Shown here: piece by piece, positions 51,479 to 62,107 of the stretch
How positions within the stretch are numbered: the stretch's first letter is position 1
Layout: each line of letters starts with the position of its first letter
Origin: Candidatus Kapaibacterium sp.
Lineage (GTDB): Bacteria; Bacteroidota; Ignavibacteria; Kapaibacteriales; UBA2268
Direction of reading: 5' to 3'
Assembly (NCBI GenBank): GCA_963665665.1
Contig: OY762428.1
Coordinates: 3,936,001-4,000,000, forward strand
DNA: 64,000 nucleotides
The notes under the pieces: generated by a model
Database searches by the model: none
What the model saw: the letters and a program-made list of their open reading frames with translations, nothing else
Told to the model about the DNA's origin: nothing
Translations under genes and position numbers: made by a program

Positions 51479-51584
51479 ATTTCTTTACCGTTTGAAATCA
51501 AAAAAATTTTATCTCAATTTTATAATATAACAAAAATATAGATTTTTACTCTCAAAATCAGAATAAAAAAGACAAGTTTGGAAT

Positions 51585-52847
51585 TTATATCATATTGTTC
51601 TTGATGAAGTCTATAATAAAATCATTATCAGAATTCTCTAAAATACTTCCGATAAGATAAAATGATCCACAAACAATGAAATCCTCTTTCAAGCTATACA
51701 GATAGTCAAAAGCATCCTCGGGTTTTTCAATTACTTTGTCAATATCTATTCCCAATCCGGTAGCTATCTTTCGAATATTATCAGGTTTGGCAGCGCGGGA
51801 AGTACCTGCGTTTGTAAGTATTATTTTATTTGAAATTTTGTTGATCATTTTTAAAATGCTTTTGAGGTCCTTATCACCCATTGCACCAAAAAGGAGATTA
51901 AATTTTTTACCCGGATACTTTATATCAATAGTATCAATAAGAGCCTGTACAGCCTGGGGATTGTGCCCGACATCCATAATAATCATCGGATCAGGGCTAA
52001 TCTCTTCCTGGCGGAAATGATATCCGGAATTTTTAACTACATTCTGTATACCTCTATGAATTGCCTCGTCCGGTATATTAAATTTTTCTTTCAATATGTC
52101 AACTGCTTTGATAGCAGTTATTACATTCCGTTTTAAGGGATCAATTCCGGGATGTTTTTCCAAATCGACAAAATCATTTGTCCTGAATAATTCTGAACCG
52201 GTCAGCCTGCATTTTTCTTCAATGATACTTTCAACATTTTCCGGATTTTCAGCCATGACAACAGGGATTCCTGCTTTTATTATGCCGGCTTTTTCTTTAG
52301 CTATTTTTTCAATAGTATCACCGAGATACTCTGAATGATCGATATCAATAGCTGTAATTACTGATATTTCTGGCATTATAATATTAGTGGAGTCATATTT
52401 TCCGCCCATTCCGGTTTCCAGGATAGCAAAATCCACATTTTCATCGGCAAAATACTTCATGGCCATAACTGTAGTTATTTCGAAAAAAGTAGCTTCGTGG
52501 GTTTCTGCGTAGTCGAGTAGCGGTTCGGCAAGTTCGGTTAATTTCTTATCGCTTATCATCCTGCCGTTTATGCGCATCCTCTCATTGAATTTTAGGATAT
52601 GAGGAGAAGTATATAAACCCGTTTTAAATCCTGCTTCCATCAGGATAGAATTAATATACGAACATGTTCCCCCTTTGCCGTTTGTTCCTGCTACATGTAG
52701 GGCTTTCAGTTTCTCATGCGGGTTCCCATATAATTCGGATAGTTTCAGAGTCCTTTGCAGCCCCGGCTTAATACCAAACCTTTGCAGAGAAAATAATTTA
52801 TCAAGGATTCTGTTTATATCAATCATTCTATTGCTTTCAATTATCAA
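51585..52847 (-). CDS. folC: Folylpolyglutamate synthase / dihydrofolate synthase
   Basis: HVAGTNGKG, GLYTSPH...NER, ETGMGG.YDSTN, DVGHNP, GSFYL. Confidence 0.95.
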   Translation of the reverse strand: MIIESNRMIDINRILDKLFSLQRFGIKPGLQRTLKLSELYGNPHEKLKALHVAGTNGKGGTCSYINSILMEAGFKTGLYTSPHILKFNERMRINGRMISDKKLTELAEPLLDYAETHEATFFEITTVMAMKYFADENVDFAILETGMGGKYDSTNIIMPEISVITAIDIDHSEYLGDTIEKIAKEKAGIIKAGIPVVMAENPENVESIIEEKCRLTGSELFRTNDFVDLEKHPGIDPLKRNVITAIKAVDILKEKFNIPDEAIHRGIQNVVKNSGYHFRQEEISPDPMIIMDVGHNPQAVQALIDTIDIKYPGKKFNLLFGAMGDKDLKSILKMINKISNKIILTNAGTSRAAKPDNIRKIATGLGIDIDKVIEKPEDAFDYLYSLKEDFIVCGSFYLIGSILENSDNDFIIDFIKNNMI

Positions 52848-52935
52848 AAAACACGAAATTAATGAAAATAAAACAATGCTGATTGTTAATTTTGGAGAAA
52901 TGAGTTAATGATCAAATGAGAAACTGAAAAGAACT

Positions 52936-53526
52936 ATGGATTGGACAGCATTTATTTCTTTTATAATTATTACATCTATAACTCCCGGCCCGAACAACCT
53001 GATATGTGCCGGTACCGGGCTAAACTATGGCTACAGGAAAGTAATTCCTTTCATATTTGGTGTTTTATCAGGTGTTTGCCTCTTGCTTGTTCTCGCAATT
53101 GTTTTCGGAAATGGAATTTTTGAACTATTTCCAGGGCTTGAAAATTATATTTCATGGATAGGGGCAGCATACATGTTGTATATAGCTTATCAGTTAATTC
53201 GTTCTACAAAAATTGATAATGATAAGGAATATAAACCGCTTGGACTGGTGAAAGGTTTCCTTTTGCAGTTTTTAAATCCTAAAACAATGCTTTACTGTAC
53301 GGTAATTGCTTCAACATTCCTGCTCCCGATGAATCCGACAATTCCACAATTAATATCCTACCTTGCAATAATCGTTACAGTTGTATTTTTTTCACTTTCA
53401 TCATGGGCTTTATTTGGCAAAGTATTTTCCGGCTTTTTCAGGGATAATTACAGAAAGAAGATAATAAATATCATTCTTGCAGTTCTACTTGTTTATTCCG
53501 CCGGCTCGGTTGTGGGTTTGTATTAA
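52936..53526 (+). CDS. LysE family translocator (EamB-like)
   Basis: ITPGPNN, GAAYMLYIA, QFLNPK. Confidence 0.92.
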   Translation: MDWTAFISFIIITSITPGPNNLICAGTGLNYGYRKVIPFIFGVLSGVCLLLVLAIVFGNGIFELFPGLENYISWIGAAYMLYIAYQLIRSTKIDNDKEYKPLGLVKGFLLQFLNPKTMLYCTVIASTFLLPMNPTIPQLISYLAIIVTVVFFSLSSWALFGKVFSGFFRDNYRKKIINIILAVLLVYSAGSVVGLY

Positions 53527-53619
53527 TTATTACATTTTAAGGCTCTAAATTATTTGAGATTATGATTATTTTCATTATCTTTCTTTTTTTGTTGAATCAA
53601 TTCACAACCGGAGTTATCA

Positions 53620-54855
53620 ATGAGAATTTTTACGAAACTTTTTATACTTTTTATTACTCTGTCAATAGTTTACTTACCTGCCAAAGCAGATGAACCCAAA
53701 AAAGACAAGGGTAAAATAATTGAATCAAAGAATGAATTCTGGGACGAAATAAAGAAATCCGTTGAAGATTTTGAAAAAGATGAAGATAAGCCACGCAAGA
53801 AAATGGTTATGGACTTCTCGGGTTATGACTTCCCGAAATCTGTTAAAGATTTTAAAACCCAGTGGCATAACGATCCTGTCAGCCAGGGTTGGTCAGGCAT
53901 GTGCTGGTGCTATTCCACAACATCCATGCTTGAATCGGAAATATTCAGAATACATAAGAAAAAAATTAAACTATCGGAACTGCATACAATTTACTGGGAA
54001 TATGTGGAAAAGGCCATGCGCTTTGTTGACGAAAGAGGAAATTCAAAATTTGCCGAAGGCTCACAGGCCAATGCAGTTCTCAGGATTTGGGACAAATACG
54101 GTTGCGTTCCTGCTAATGTTTATACAGGGCTTAAAAAAGGCCAGACCCATCATTGCCACCAGAAAATGTTCAATGAAATGAATGATTTTCTGCAATCTGT
54201 TAAGAAGAGCAATATGTGGAACAAAGGTATTGTAAAAGCAACAATAAGGCAAATACTTAATAAATATATTGGCCGTGTTCCAAAAAATTTCAAGTATGAA
54301 GGTAAGGAATACACTCCCAAACAGTTTATGGATGAAGTAGTTAAGCTTAATATGGATGATTATATCGACGTTATGTCGCTTAAAACATCCGATTACTGGC
54401 AGAAAGCGCTTTATGACGTACCTGATAACTGGTGGAGAAGCGAACGCTACAACAATGTTCCGCTTGACGACTTTATGGCAGCAATAAAAAAAGCCGTTAA
54501 AAACGGTTATACAATGTTTATCGGCGGTGATGTATCAGAACCGGGTTATGAATCTCATGCTGAAGTTGCAGTAGTTCCCACTTTTGATATTCCGTCGGAA
54601 TATATTGACGAAAATGCCAGGCTGCTTCGATTTATGAACGGGGCAACGACAGACGACCACGGTATTCATATTGTAGGGTGGATGGAAAAAGACGGCGCTA
54701 CCTGGTTCCTGATAAAAGATTCAGGCAGCGGTTCCCGCAATGGTAACAACAAGGGATATTACTTCTACCATGAGGATTATATTAAACTGAAAATGATGAA
54801 CTTCGTTGTTCATAAATCAGCCATCGAAGACCTGATGAAAAAATTCAAAAACTAA
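53620..54855 (+). CDS. Secreted C1 family cysteine peptidase (aminopeptidase C-like)
   Basis: Signal peptide; QGWSGMCWCYS (Gln/Cys), DDHGIHIVG (His), IKDSG. Confidence 0.88.
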   Translation: MRIFTKLFILFITLSIVYLPAKADEPKKDKGKIIESKNEFWDEIKKSVEDFEKDEDKPRKKMVMDFSGYDFPKSVKDFKTQWHNDPVSQGWSGMCWCYSTTSMLESEIFRIHKKKIKLSELHTIYWEYVEKAMRFVDERGNSKFAEGSQANAVLRIWDKYGCVPANVYTGLKKGQTHHCHQKMFNEMNDFLQSVKKSNMWNKGIVKATIRQILNKYIGRVPKNFKYEGKEYTPKQFMDEVVKLNMDDYIDVMSLKTSDYWQKALYDVPDNWWRSERYNNVPLDDFMAAIKKAVKNGYTMFIGGDVSEPGYESHAEVAVVPTFDIPSEYIDENARLLRFMNGATTDDHGIHIVGWMEKDGATWFLIKDSGSGSRNGNNKGYYFYHEDYIKLKMMNFVVHKSAIEDLMKKFKN

Positions 54856-54912
54856 TAATTTCACAAAACGAAACTTTATTCAATCCCGCCAATTTAATTG
54901 GCGGGATTTTTT
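54848..54912 (+). terminator. Terminator after the peptidase (copy 1 of a duplicated junction)
   Basis: ATCCCGCCAAT-TTA-ATTGGCGGGAT followed by a T run. Confidence 0.85.
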
Positions 54913-55074
54913 GTTTTTATTTATTGTTTTAATTTTATTTATTGTTTTAATTTTATATATTACAGATATATACAAGAATAATATTTGATTTTAGCCATTA
55001 ATTTTTAAAATTCACCTACGCTTGTTGAAAAGTAAAAATTATTTCACCAACACTTGTTGGTATATTTCAATATT

Positions 55075-55296
55075 ATGAATGAAATGATTGAACATAATTA
55101 TAAAATATTTTTGCAAGATATTATTGCAAATATTGAACATGCAAGAGTCAATGTTGCAAAAAGAATTAACTCAGTTCTAAACGAAGTAAATTTTAATATT
55201 GGCCGAATGATAGTAGAAAGGCAACAGGAATTTGGTTGGGGTCAATCTGTAATAAACCAATTATCAAAAGACCTTAATAATAAATTGGCTCTATAA
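55075..55296 (+). pseudogene. Truncated DUF1016/YhcG N-terminal fragment
   Basis: IEHAR...IN...NFNIGRMIVERQ..FGWGQSVINQLSKDL, then a stop after ~73 aa. Confidence 0.8.
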
Positions 55297-55333
55297 CGAA
55301 AAGTGTGGGTTAAATAAAAATATCTTATATTGC

Positions 55334-55402
55334 AAAATTAATAATTCCCCAAAACGAAACTTTATCCAATCCCGTCGGTTTTAATTATGACGGGATTTTT
55401 TT
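55334..55402 (+). terminator. Diverged duplicate of the 54848..54912 stop/terminator region
   Basis: TAATAATT...CAAAACGAAACTTTAT.CAATCCCG.C shared; stem ATCCCGTC...GACGGGAT followed by a T run. Confidence 0.8.
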
Positions 55403-55469
55403 ATTCATTTTAATAACAAAATTTCATATTTTATAAAGTATAATAATTTGATTCTAAGCAGAGGACAGG

Positions 55470-56678
55470 ATGTCAGAATTTTACAGGACAAGGATTCCGG
55501 ACGAAACTATTGAAAAATGGCAGAATACTATCAACCTGATGGCTAAAATATTTCAAGTACCTGCCGGCTTGATTATGAAAGTTCACCCTTCGGAAATTGA
55601 AGTGTTTGTTGCCAGTATAACAGAAGAAAATCCGTATAAACCCGGCGAAAAAGAACACTTGAATTCAGGTCTGTACTGCGAAACAGTTATGGAAACAGAC
55701 AGTATGCTCAATATCCCCAATGCTCTGGAAGATAAAGAGTGGGAAAATAATCCCGATATCAAACTTGGAATGGTACATTATCTCGGCCTTCCCTTGCATT
55801 ACCCTGATGGCAGTATATTCGGGACAATATGCGTTCTTGATAAAGAAGAAAGAAAATATGAGGATCTTTATATCGACCTTATTTATCAATTCAGGGAAAT
55901 AATTGATGCGGACCTGAATACAATAATTATGGGCAGGTTAATGGAAGTTACTATGATGAACCTGAAGGAATCTAAGGAACAGCTTTCCATTGCTAATAAA
56001 ACCAAGGATAAATTCTTCGCCATTCTTGCACATGACCTCCGCGGGCCGATAAGCACTATAGACCAGATGACAAGAATGCTTTATGAGGATTATGACATAT
56101 TGGATACGGAATTCCGCAAGGAAACTCTCAGGGAGATGAAAGAATCATCGAAATCTGTATTTGACCTTCTTGAGAACCTGCTGACATGGTCGCGGTCACA
56201 AAGGGGTATTCTGCATTTTGAACCTACCGAAGTAAGCCTTACCGCTATTATACATATCAATTTCGGTTTGCTTAAGCAAACTGCTGATAAAAAAGAAATT
56301 AAACTAATATCAGAAATTGAAGGCGATATTTCCTTCCAGGCAGATGCGAATATGGTTTCCACAATTTTTCGCAACCTTATATCCAATGCTATCAAATTTA
56401 CCGAAAGGGGAGGATCGATAAGAATAAATGCTAAAAAGGACAGTAAAAAAGTAGTTGTGAATGTTATTGATGATGGCGTGGGAATGGATGAGGAAACCAT
56501 TTCAAAGCTATTCAAAATTCATAAAAATGCTTCGAAAAAAGGAACATCAGGCGAGTCAGGTACGGGCCTGGGCCTGATACTTTGCAAGGAATTTGCCGAG
56601 AAACATAATGGAACGATCACGGCAAGTTCAAAATTGGGTGAAGGTTCCGTATTCACGGTATATTTTCCCATTGAATAA
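55470..56678 (+). CDS. GAF domain sensor histidine kinase
   Basis: GAF domain (YLGLPL.YPDG..FGTICVLD); AHDLRGP; NLISNAIKF; GTGLGL. Confidence 0.93.
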   Translation: MSEFYRTRIPDETIEKWQNTINLMAKIFQVPAGLIMKVHPSEIEVFVASITEENPYKPGEKEHLNSGLYCETVMETDSMLNIPNALEDKEWENNPDIKLGMVHYLGLPLHYPDGSIFGTICVLDKEERKYEDLYIDLIYQFREIIDADLNTIIMGRLMEVTMMNLKESKEQLSIANKTKDKFFAILAHDLRGPISTIDQMTRMLYEDYDILDTEFRKETLREMKESSKSVFDLLENLLTWSRSQRGILHFEPTEVSLTAIIHINFGLLKQTADKKEIKLISEIEGDISFQADANMVSTIFRNLISNAIKFTERGGSIRINAKKDSKKVVVNVIDDGVGMDEETISKLFKIHKNASKKGTSGESGTGLGLILCKEFAEKHNGTITASSKLGEGSVFTVYFPIE

Positions 56679-56751
56679 TATTTAAATAGAGATTAATAAT
56701 TTTAAAGGCTGTTATGCCCGATCAGTAATTATAAATTAAGGAGTTGATACT

Positions 56752-57582
56752 ATGCCCTGCAAATCAATTTTTATTATCGCAGTTTTTATCCTTCTCAGCT
56801 CGTGCGGCGGCAATTATGCCATAACAACAAAAAAGAATCCTGAATGCAAAACAATTGTCTCCGGTAAAATGCATTACATTCCACCCAAACAAAAACCAAA
56901 GAATGACCTTATAATTCTGTCTCTCGGGCGTAAACCGATCTATCATTTCGGGACAATCGTAAAAAAAACCGACAATGGATTTATTTTCGATCCTGTTGAA
57001 ACATACAGGTCGGATCTGCCCGAAAAGGAATATGAGTTCGATGAGATTGTCTGCCTTATGAATAAAGACGGAGATATCCTTCATGGCAAATTACCACGCC
57101 AGTTTGCCGACGATGGCCTGGAAGACAAAAGGGGCTGGAAAATATACTGGTATCTGAAACCTGTCGATGATCCTGAAGCCGAAGAAATAATCGTAAGAAT
57201 GTACCAGGGCAGGGAATTTTCATATTGCCTTGCTCCGGGTAAATACAAAGTAAATAAATTGGAATTCTATAAAAACGGCAGAGATTTCTGCGACTATTGC
57301 GAAGAACCCCCGAACTTCATAATCAATGTAGAGGATGGAGTTGACAATTATATTGGGGATATCTATTTCGACAGCCCCGGGGCTGAAGGTAATAAAATTG
57401 AAATTCAATGCGAAGCCGGAAGCCGCCCAAGCGATGCCGCTGCATATTCACTCGGTGGCGCTATTGGCGGTATAGCTAACGCATTATCAAAATCGGACGA
57501 CAACCCAGTTCATATCATCTCTGTTCAGGACAAAAGCCCGGCAGCTGATAAAAGAAAAAAATCGTTAGTGGAAGTTAAATGA
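56752..57582 (+). CDS. Hypothetical lipoprotein
   Basis: Lipobox LLSSC; RBS AGGAG. Confidence 0.78.
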   Translation: MPCKSIFIIAVFILLSSCGGNYAITTKKNPECKTIVSGKMHYIPPKQKPKNDLIILSLGRKPIYHFGTIVKKTDNGFIFDPVETYRSDLPEKEYEFDEIVCLMNKDGDILHGKLPRQFADDGLEDKRGWKIYWYLKPVDDPEAEEIIVRMYQGREFSYCLAPGKYKVNKLEFYKNGRDFCDYCEEPPNFIINVEDGVDNYIGDIYFDSPGAEGNKIEIQCEAGSRPSDAAAYSLGGAIGGIANALSKSDDNPVHIISVQDKSPAADKRKKSLVEVK

Positions 57583-57797
57583 TCATACTTTTTAAATGTC
57601 TGATACTGGCCTTCCTTTTCTCTAACCTTTCCTGTGGGCTTGAGGAAAGGAAGATAACGGTGGAGTATATAGCGCAGACACAGGCTCAGATTGATTCCGC
57701 AGTAAGCAAGCTCAATGTGAATGATTCTGTTTTTTATGAAGATGTGAGGTTCTTGGTAAATTTAAAATTTTATGATTATGACTATAGTGATATGTAA
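57579..57797 (+). CDS. Small putative lipoprotein, possibly truncated
   Basis: ATGA overlap with the previous gene; lipobox-like NLSC. Confidence 0.5.
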   Translation: MIILFKCLILAFLFSNLSCGLEERKITVEYIAQTQAQIDSAVSKLNVNDSVFYEDVRFLVNLKFYDYDYSDM

Positions 57798-58234
57798 TTT
57801 GAAGCCAAAACAAGTGGGAAAGTTAGTATATTTAGAGGGGGGAAATTATCCTTTTGCAATTATTAATCGTAATAATAATTATTATGCAAGTTGGAATGAT
57901 TACGGGTCAGTTTCAAAAGTTGGGGATTAAATGCTGAATTGCAAGATAAATACTCCCCGAAGGCCTGCTACTATATCGCGCATCAGGCATTTCATCATTC
58001 ATTCTGTGGAAATTCTGTGCTGATAAATTATCAACCATGCCGGGCATAGCAAACTTCATTATTTTTTAAATAAATATTAACCCGGCCCAAGCGATTACCG
58101 GCTCTGCAAGATCAAAACGGCAATTGAATATAGGGATCGAACGGACAAATAGAACGAAATTCAATATCAAAAAAGTGAAATTCTGTGTTTTCTGAGTAAA
58201 ATTTTACCTGAAAAAATGTTTTTGGAAGCACCAA

Positions 58235-58402
58235 CCAACGCTAAGACGGCATATCCCAACGCTAAGATGACATATCCCAACGTTAAGACGGCACATCCCA
58301 ACGCTAAGATGACATATCCCAACGCTAAGACGGCATATCCCAACGCTAAGATGACATATCCCAACGTTAAGACGGCACATCCCAACGCTATGATAACATA
58401 TA
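58235..58402. repeat. Minisatellite, 8 x 21 bp (CCAACG[C/T]TAAGA[CG/TG][G/A]CA[T/C]ATC)
   Basis: 8 units counted, variant order A-B-C-B-A-B-C-D (84-bp higher-order period). Confidence 0.93.
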
Positions 58403-58422
58403 TCAGCGATAATCAGGCTTTG

Positions 58423-58692
58423 GAGAACGCTCGGAAAGCACGAGGGAACGCTCGGGAAGCTCGGGGGAAGGCTCGGGAAGCACGGGGTAATGCTCGGGAA
58501 GCACGAGGGAACGCTCGGAAAGCACGAGGGAACGCTCGGGAAGCTCGGGGGAAGGCTCGGGAAGCACGGGGGAACGCTCGGGAAACACGAGGGAACGCTC
58601 GGAAAGCACGGGGGAACGCTCGGAAAGCACGGGGGAATGCTCGGAAAGCTTGGGGGAATGCTCGGAAAGCTTGGGGGAACGCTCGGGAAGCA
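58423..58692. repeat. Minisatellite, ~13 x 21 bp (GGGAACGCTCGG[A/G]AAGCACG[A/G]); same family as 32088..32360, opposite orientation
   Basis: Reverse complement of the 32 kb unit; plus-strand frame reads GNARKAR/GNAREAR. Confidence 0.93.
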
Positions 58693-59275
58693 TAAAACAG
58701 CGGGTTTCCGGCACAAAAAATTGTTTCCAAAGAACACACCAACGGCATTAAAGCCAATTATATCATACAATTACATTAACAAAAGCCTATTCAGCAGGAT
58801 TTCTATAGGAGGATGGCCCGCACCGCCGAAATAAAATTTCATCCGGGGGCTGATTTCTCCAAATTTGTTTGTTTTAAAAGCCCGGGGAGATATATAATGT
58901 TCCTGGCTGAGGGAGTATATTAACTGAAGAATACACTTGTTTCTATGATAAAATCATGGAGAATAGATTCTTCACTTCATTCAGGGTGAAATTTTACGGC
59001 TTTATCTGGTACTAACAGTAGATGTGTTGCCGGCCAGACGGAAATAAAATATAACAATTGAAGAAGCAAAAATTCATTTCAATTATCAAAATATGTTCTA
59101 TAGGGATGATTGGTTTACCTTATAAAACGGTTTTTTATAGATGATCATCATCAAATTGTTGTGTGTAGATTTCCTAGAAAAGATAATCTGGGATATATTG
59201 ATATTAAAGATAATAATATCAAGATATATTTTTTGAAAAGTCTTATTTCGTAAGAAATAATTCGAGATTAAAGTC

Positions 59276-59307
59276 AAAAAAAGCCCCGAAAAAATCCGGG
59301 GCTTCTT
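59276..59307 (-). terminator. Terminator of glyA
   Basis: AAAAAAAGCCCCG...CGGGGCTT. Confidence 0.8.
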
Positions 59308-59328
59308 CGTGAAATAATTTTGTTTCGA

Positions 59329-60621
59329 TTACCAGGCAAATAGTTTGAATTTGGAAGTAAATTCTTTGACTTCATTTTTAACTTCCTGGTACATAGAATC
59401 GTTGCCGTGGTTGCTGATAACTTTGTTGATAAATCCTGCAACAACTTTCATATCGTCTTCCTTCAGGCCGCGTGTGGTCATTGCCGGTGTGCCAAGCCTG
59501 ATACCTGATGTGATAAGAGGAGATTTCGGATCGTTAGGAACGGCATTTTTGTTACATGTAATACCAGATGCGTCAAGAGCGTGCTCAGCGTCGCGCCCTG
59601 TAAGGCCTTTATTCTGAAGGTCGATCAGCATAAGGTGGTTGTCTGTACCGCCGCTAACCAGGTTGTAGTCCATTTTAACGAGTTCTTCGGAAAGAACTTT
59701 AGCATTTTTCATTACCTGGATAGTATAATCATTGAATCCGTCTTTCAGGCATTCGCCGAAGGCAACGGCTTTTGCAGCAATAACATGCATAAGTGGTCCG
59801 CCCTGGCAGCCGGGCATTACCCATGAGTCGATAAGTTCGCTCATGTTTTTAACCCTGCCTGATTTAGGAGCTACAACGCCGAAAGGATTTTCAGGATTCT
59901 TACCAAGAAGGATCATACCGCCGCGGGGGCCCCGAAGTGTTTTGTGAGTTGTTGTGGCAACAACGTCGCAATGCGGAATCGGGTTTGTAAGGTGTCCTTT
60001 GGCAATAAGGCCGGCCGGATGAGCAATATCAGCAAAGAGGAAAGCGCCAACCATATCAGCTATCTCGCGGAATTTCTTGAAATCGATATCGCGCGGGTAA
60101 GCTGATGCGCCAACAGTGATAAGTTTTGGTTTGTGTTTCTTTGCAAGTTCTTCAACCATATTGTAATCTATGCGGCCTGTTTCCGGGTCAAGTTCGTAAG
60201 GAATGAAATTGAAGAATTTACCGGAAAAGTTCACGTGTGAGCCATGAGTCAGGTGTCCGCCGTGAGCAAGGCTTAGCCCCATAACGGTATCGCCATGCTT
60301 AATATAGGTGAAGTAAACAGCCATATTAGCGCTGCTGCCGCTGTGAGGCTGCACATTTGCATAAGCTGCGCCAAAGAGTTTCTTTGCTCTTTCGCGAGCA
60401 AGGTCTTCAGCTACGTCTACCCATTCGCAGCCGCCGTAGTAGCGTTTGCCGGGGTATCCTTCGGCGTATTTATTTGTAAGCACAGAACCCTGTGCTTCCA
60501 TAACTGCATCGGAAACAAAGTTTTCGCTGGCAATAAGTTCAATTTTTTCGTGCTGACGGCGATTTTCATTTGTTATCGCGTTATATACTTCCGGGTCGCT
60601 CTGTTTAATTATGTCGTACAT
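59329..60621 (-). CDS. glyA: Serine hydroxymethyltransferase
   Basis: [44 protein letters not shown]. Confidence 0.98.
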   Translation of the reverse strand: MYDIIKQSDPEVYNAITNENRRQHEKIELIASENFVSDAVMEAQGSVLTNKYAEGYPGKRYYGGCEWVDVAEDLARERAKKLFGAAYANVQPHSGSSANMAVYFTYIKHGDTVMGLSLAHGGHLTHGSHVNFSGKFFNFIPYELDPETGRIDYNMVEELAKKHKPKLITVGASAYPRDIDFKKFREIADMVGAFLFADIAHPAGLIAKGHLTNPIPHCDVVATTTHKTLRGPRGGMILLGKNPENPFGVVAPKSGRVKNMSELIDSWVMPGCQGGPLMHVIAAKAVAFGECLKDGFNDYTIQVMKNAKVLSEELVKMDYNLVSGGTDNHLMLIDLQNKGLTGRDAEHALDASGITCNKNAVPNDPKSPLITSGIRLGTPAMTTRGLKEDDMKVVAGFINKVISNHGNDSMYQEVKNEVKEFTSKFKLFAW

Positions 60622-60782
60622 ATCTCAAGCCCTGATATTTGTTAAATTACAGTTAAATATTCATCAATTTTCAAGGCGCACCGCGCCGTATTCAAATTTA
60701 AGATAAATAGTTAACATTTCATAACATGAGTTAATTATTCTTTACAGTTTATTTTTTCGAACATTATAACTTTCCAAATGTT

Positions 60783-61150
60783 TTTTAATCCGCCATTTAT
60801 ATTGCCATCTTAGCAAGATAAATGGCAAGATAATTTTTCATCAGCCAATATCCTACGATCAAACAGCTTCCAGGAAATTTAATTAATTTCAAACTCGTAA
60901 GTCTGCATATATGCTTATTATTAGTATATTTAGGCCTGTTTGAAGTAGTTGACAGATATTTAACTTTTAACTTGTTATCCTAATTTCGGGGGTAAGCTTA
61001 TGCCTCTAATAATGATTTTAATCCGCCATTTAATCCGCCATTTCTGTCACACAGTATCCTCCGCTCTTACGGCTGCCAAGTTATTTAATTAATTCCAAAC
61101 TCACAAGACTACATATCTATTTGTTATTGCTGTATTTAGGTCTTCATTTA
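60783..61150 (-). pseudogene. Decayed, duplicated relics of a C-terminal wHTH (NGGL linker + GSxKxGGY end)
   Basis: Two diverged ~90-bp copies (around 60848-60936 and 61055-61143); minus-strand translation NGGLNGGLKSLLEA*...NRPKYT...LKLIKFPGS...GYW and ...LELIK*LGSRKSGGY, with in-frame stops. Confidence 0.5.
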
Positions 61151-61167
61151 TATTATCCGGATAAAAA

Positions 61168-61815
61168 TTAATTTTGGATAAATTCTTCACCTAAGTCGCC
61201 TTTGGATACACAGGGATTAGCCGAAAGATAAAACCTCAGAGGCATATCCGCAGATTTTTTTATACCTGTTCTTTTGCTGCGGAATATTCTCTCCCCGTCC
61301 CGGATATATCCGTCCAAAATATAGAATTCATTCCCGGTAAGCTTCTTATAATTATCTTTTCTGTCAATCCCGAAGCCTTTTGCAAAATTGCCCGGGCCGG
61401 ACAGAAGATTTGTCCCTGTATTTAAGCCCCTGTTTCTGGAAATAGTCTCCTTTCCGCACAGCACTTCTCCTGCTCTGATCAGTACGGCAGTTCCAATTCC
61501 TTCCGGGCCGCAAACGAAATTGAAACAGCGATGAACACCATAGATCAGGTAAACATACATTATACCTCCCTTTTCGAACATAGGCCTGTTTCTTTCTGTC
61601 AGGCCGGGAGCAGAATGGCAGGCCATATCTCCTTTGCCCATGTAAGCTTCTGTTTCGCAAATTCTGGCGGCAAGTATATCATCACCGCTTATCTTAACAA
61701 ATATCTTTCCAGGAAGCTCCCTGGCAACCACGGCAGTATTCCTGATAAAGAAATCATCCCGCAGGAAATTACCAGCTTTTATTTCTGATTTGATTTTTTC
61801 GACTTCACTTAACAT
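61168..61815 (-). CDS. mpg: DNA-3-methyladenine glycosylase (MPG/AAG family)
   Basis: VARELPGK, ICETEAY.G..D.ACHS, YVYLIYGVH.CFN, AVLIRA, GPGN. Confidence 0.93.
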   Translation of the reverse strand: MLSEVEKIKSEIKAGNFLRDDFFIRNTAVVARELPGKIFVKISGDDILAARICETEAYMGKGDMACHSAPGLTERNRPMFEKGGIMYVYLIYGVHRCFNFVCGPEGIGTAVLIRAGEVLCGKETISRNRGLNTGTNLLSGPGNFAKGFGIDRKDNYKKLTGNEFYILDGYIRDGERIFRSKRTGIKKSADMPLRFYLSANPCVSKGDLGEEFIQN

Positions 61816-62107
61816 GATAAAAAGAATAGATTTTTAAAATATTGTGTTCAAGTAAATAAACAATACGGGTACTAAAATATAAAAAATTAAAATTAGTCAT
61901 AATTGAGCAAATAGAAATTATTAAGGTTTGAATAAAAATCGTTGCCGGATAATTGACATATCCAGCTATAATAATTTCAAATGAGCATGATAATTTTTTC
62001 GATCATATTTAACCGGTATCTGCGATTAAATATTTTCAGAAAGAAAATTGATTTATTAAAATTACCCATCCGGCTGCTTAAAGCCGCCGGATGAGCTGCT
62101 GAATATT

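Noticed and set aside
58235-58692. CRISPR array
   Set aside because: Head-to-tail 21-bp tandem repeats without spacers.
60622-60780. ZMP/ZTP or THF riboswitch upstream of glyA (also considered for purH)
   Set aside because: No recognisable consensus by eye; the region is AT-rich. An Rfam scan would settle it.
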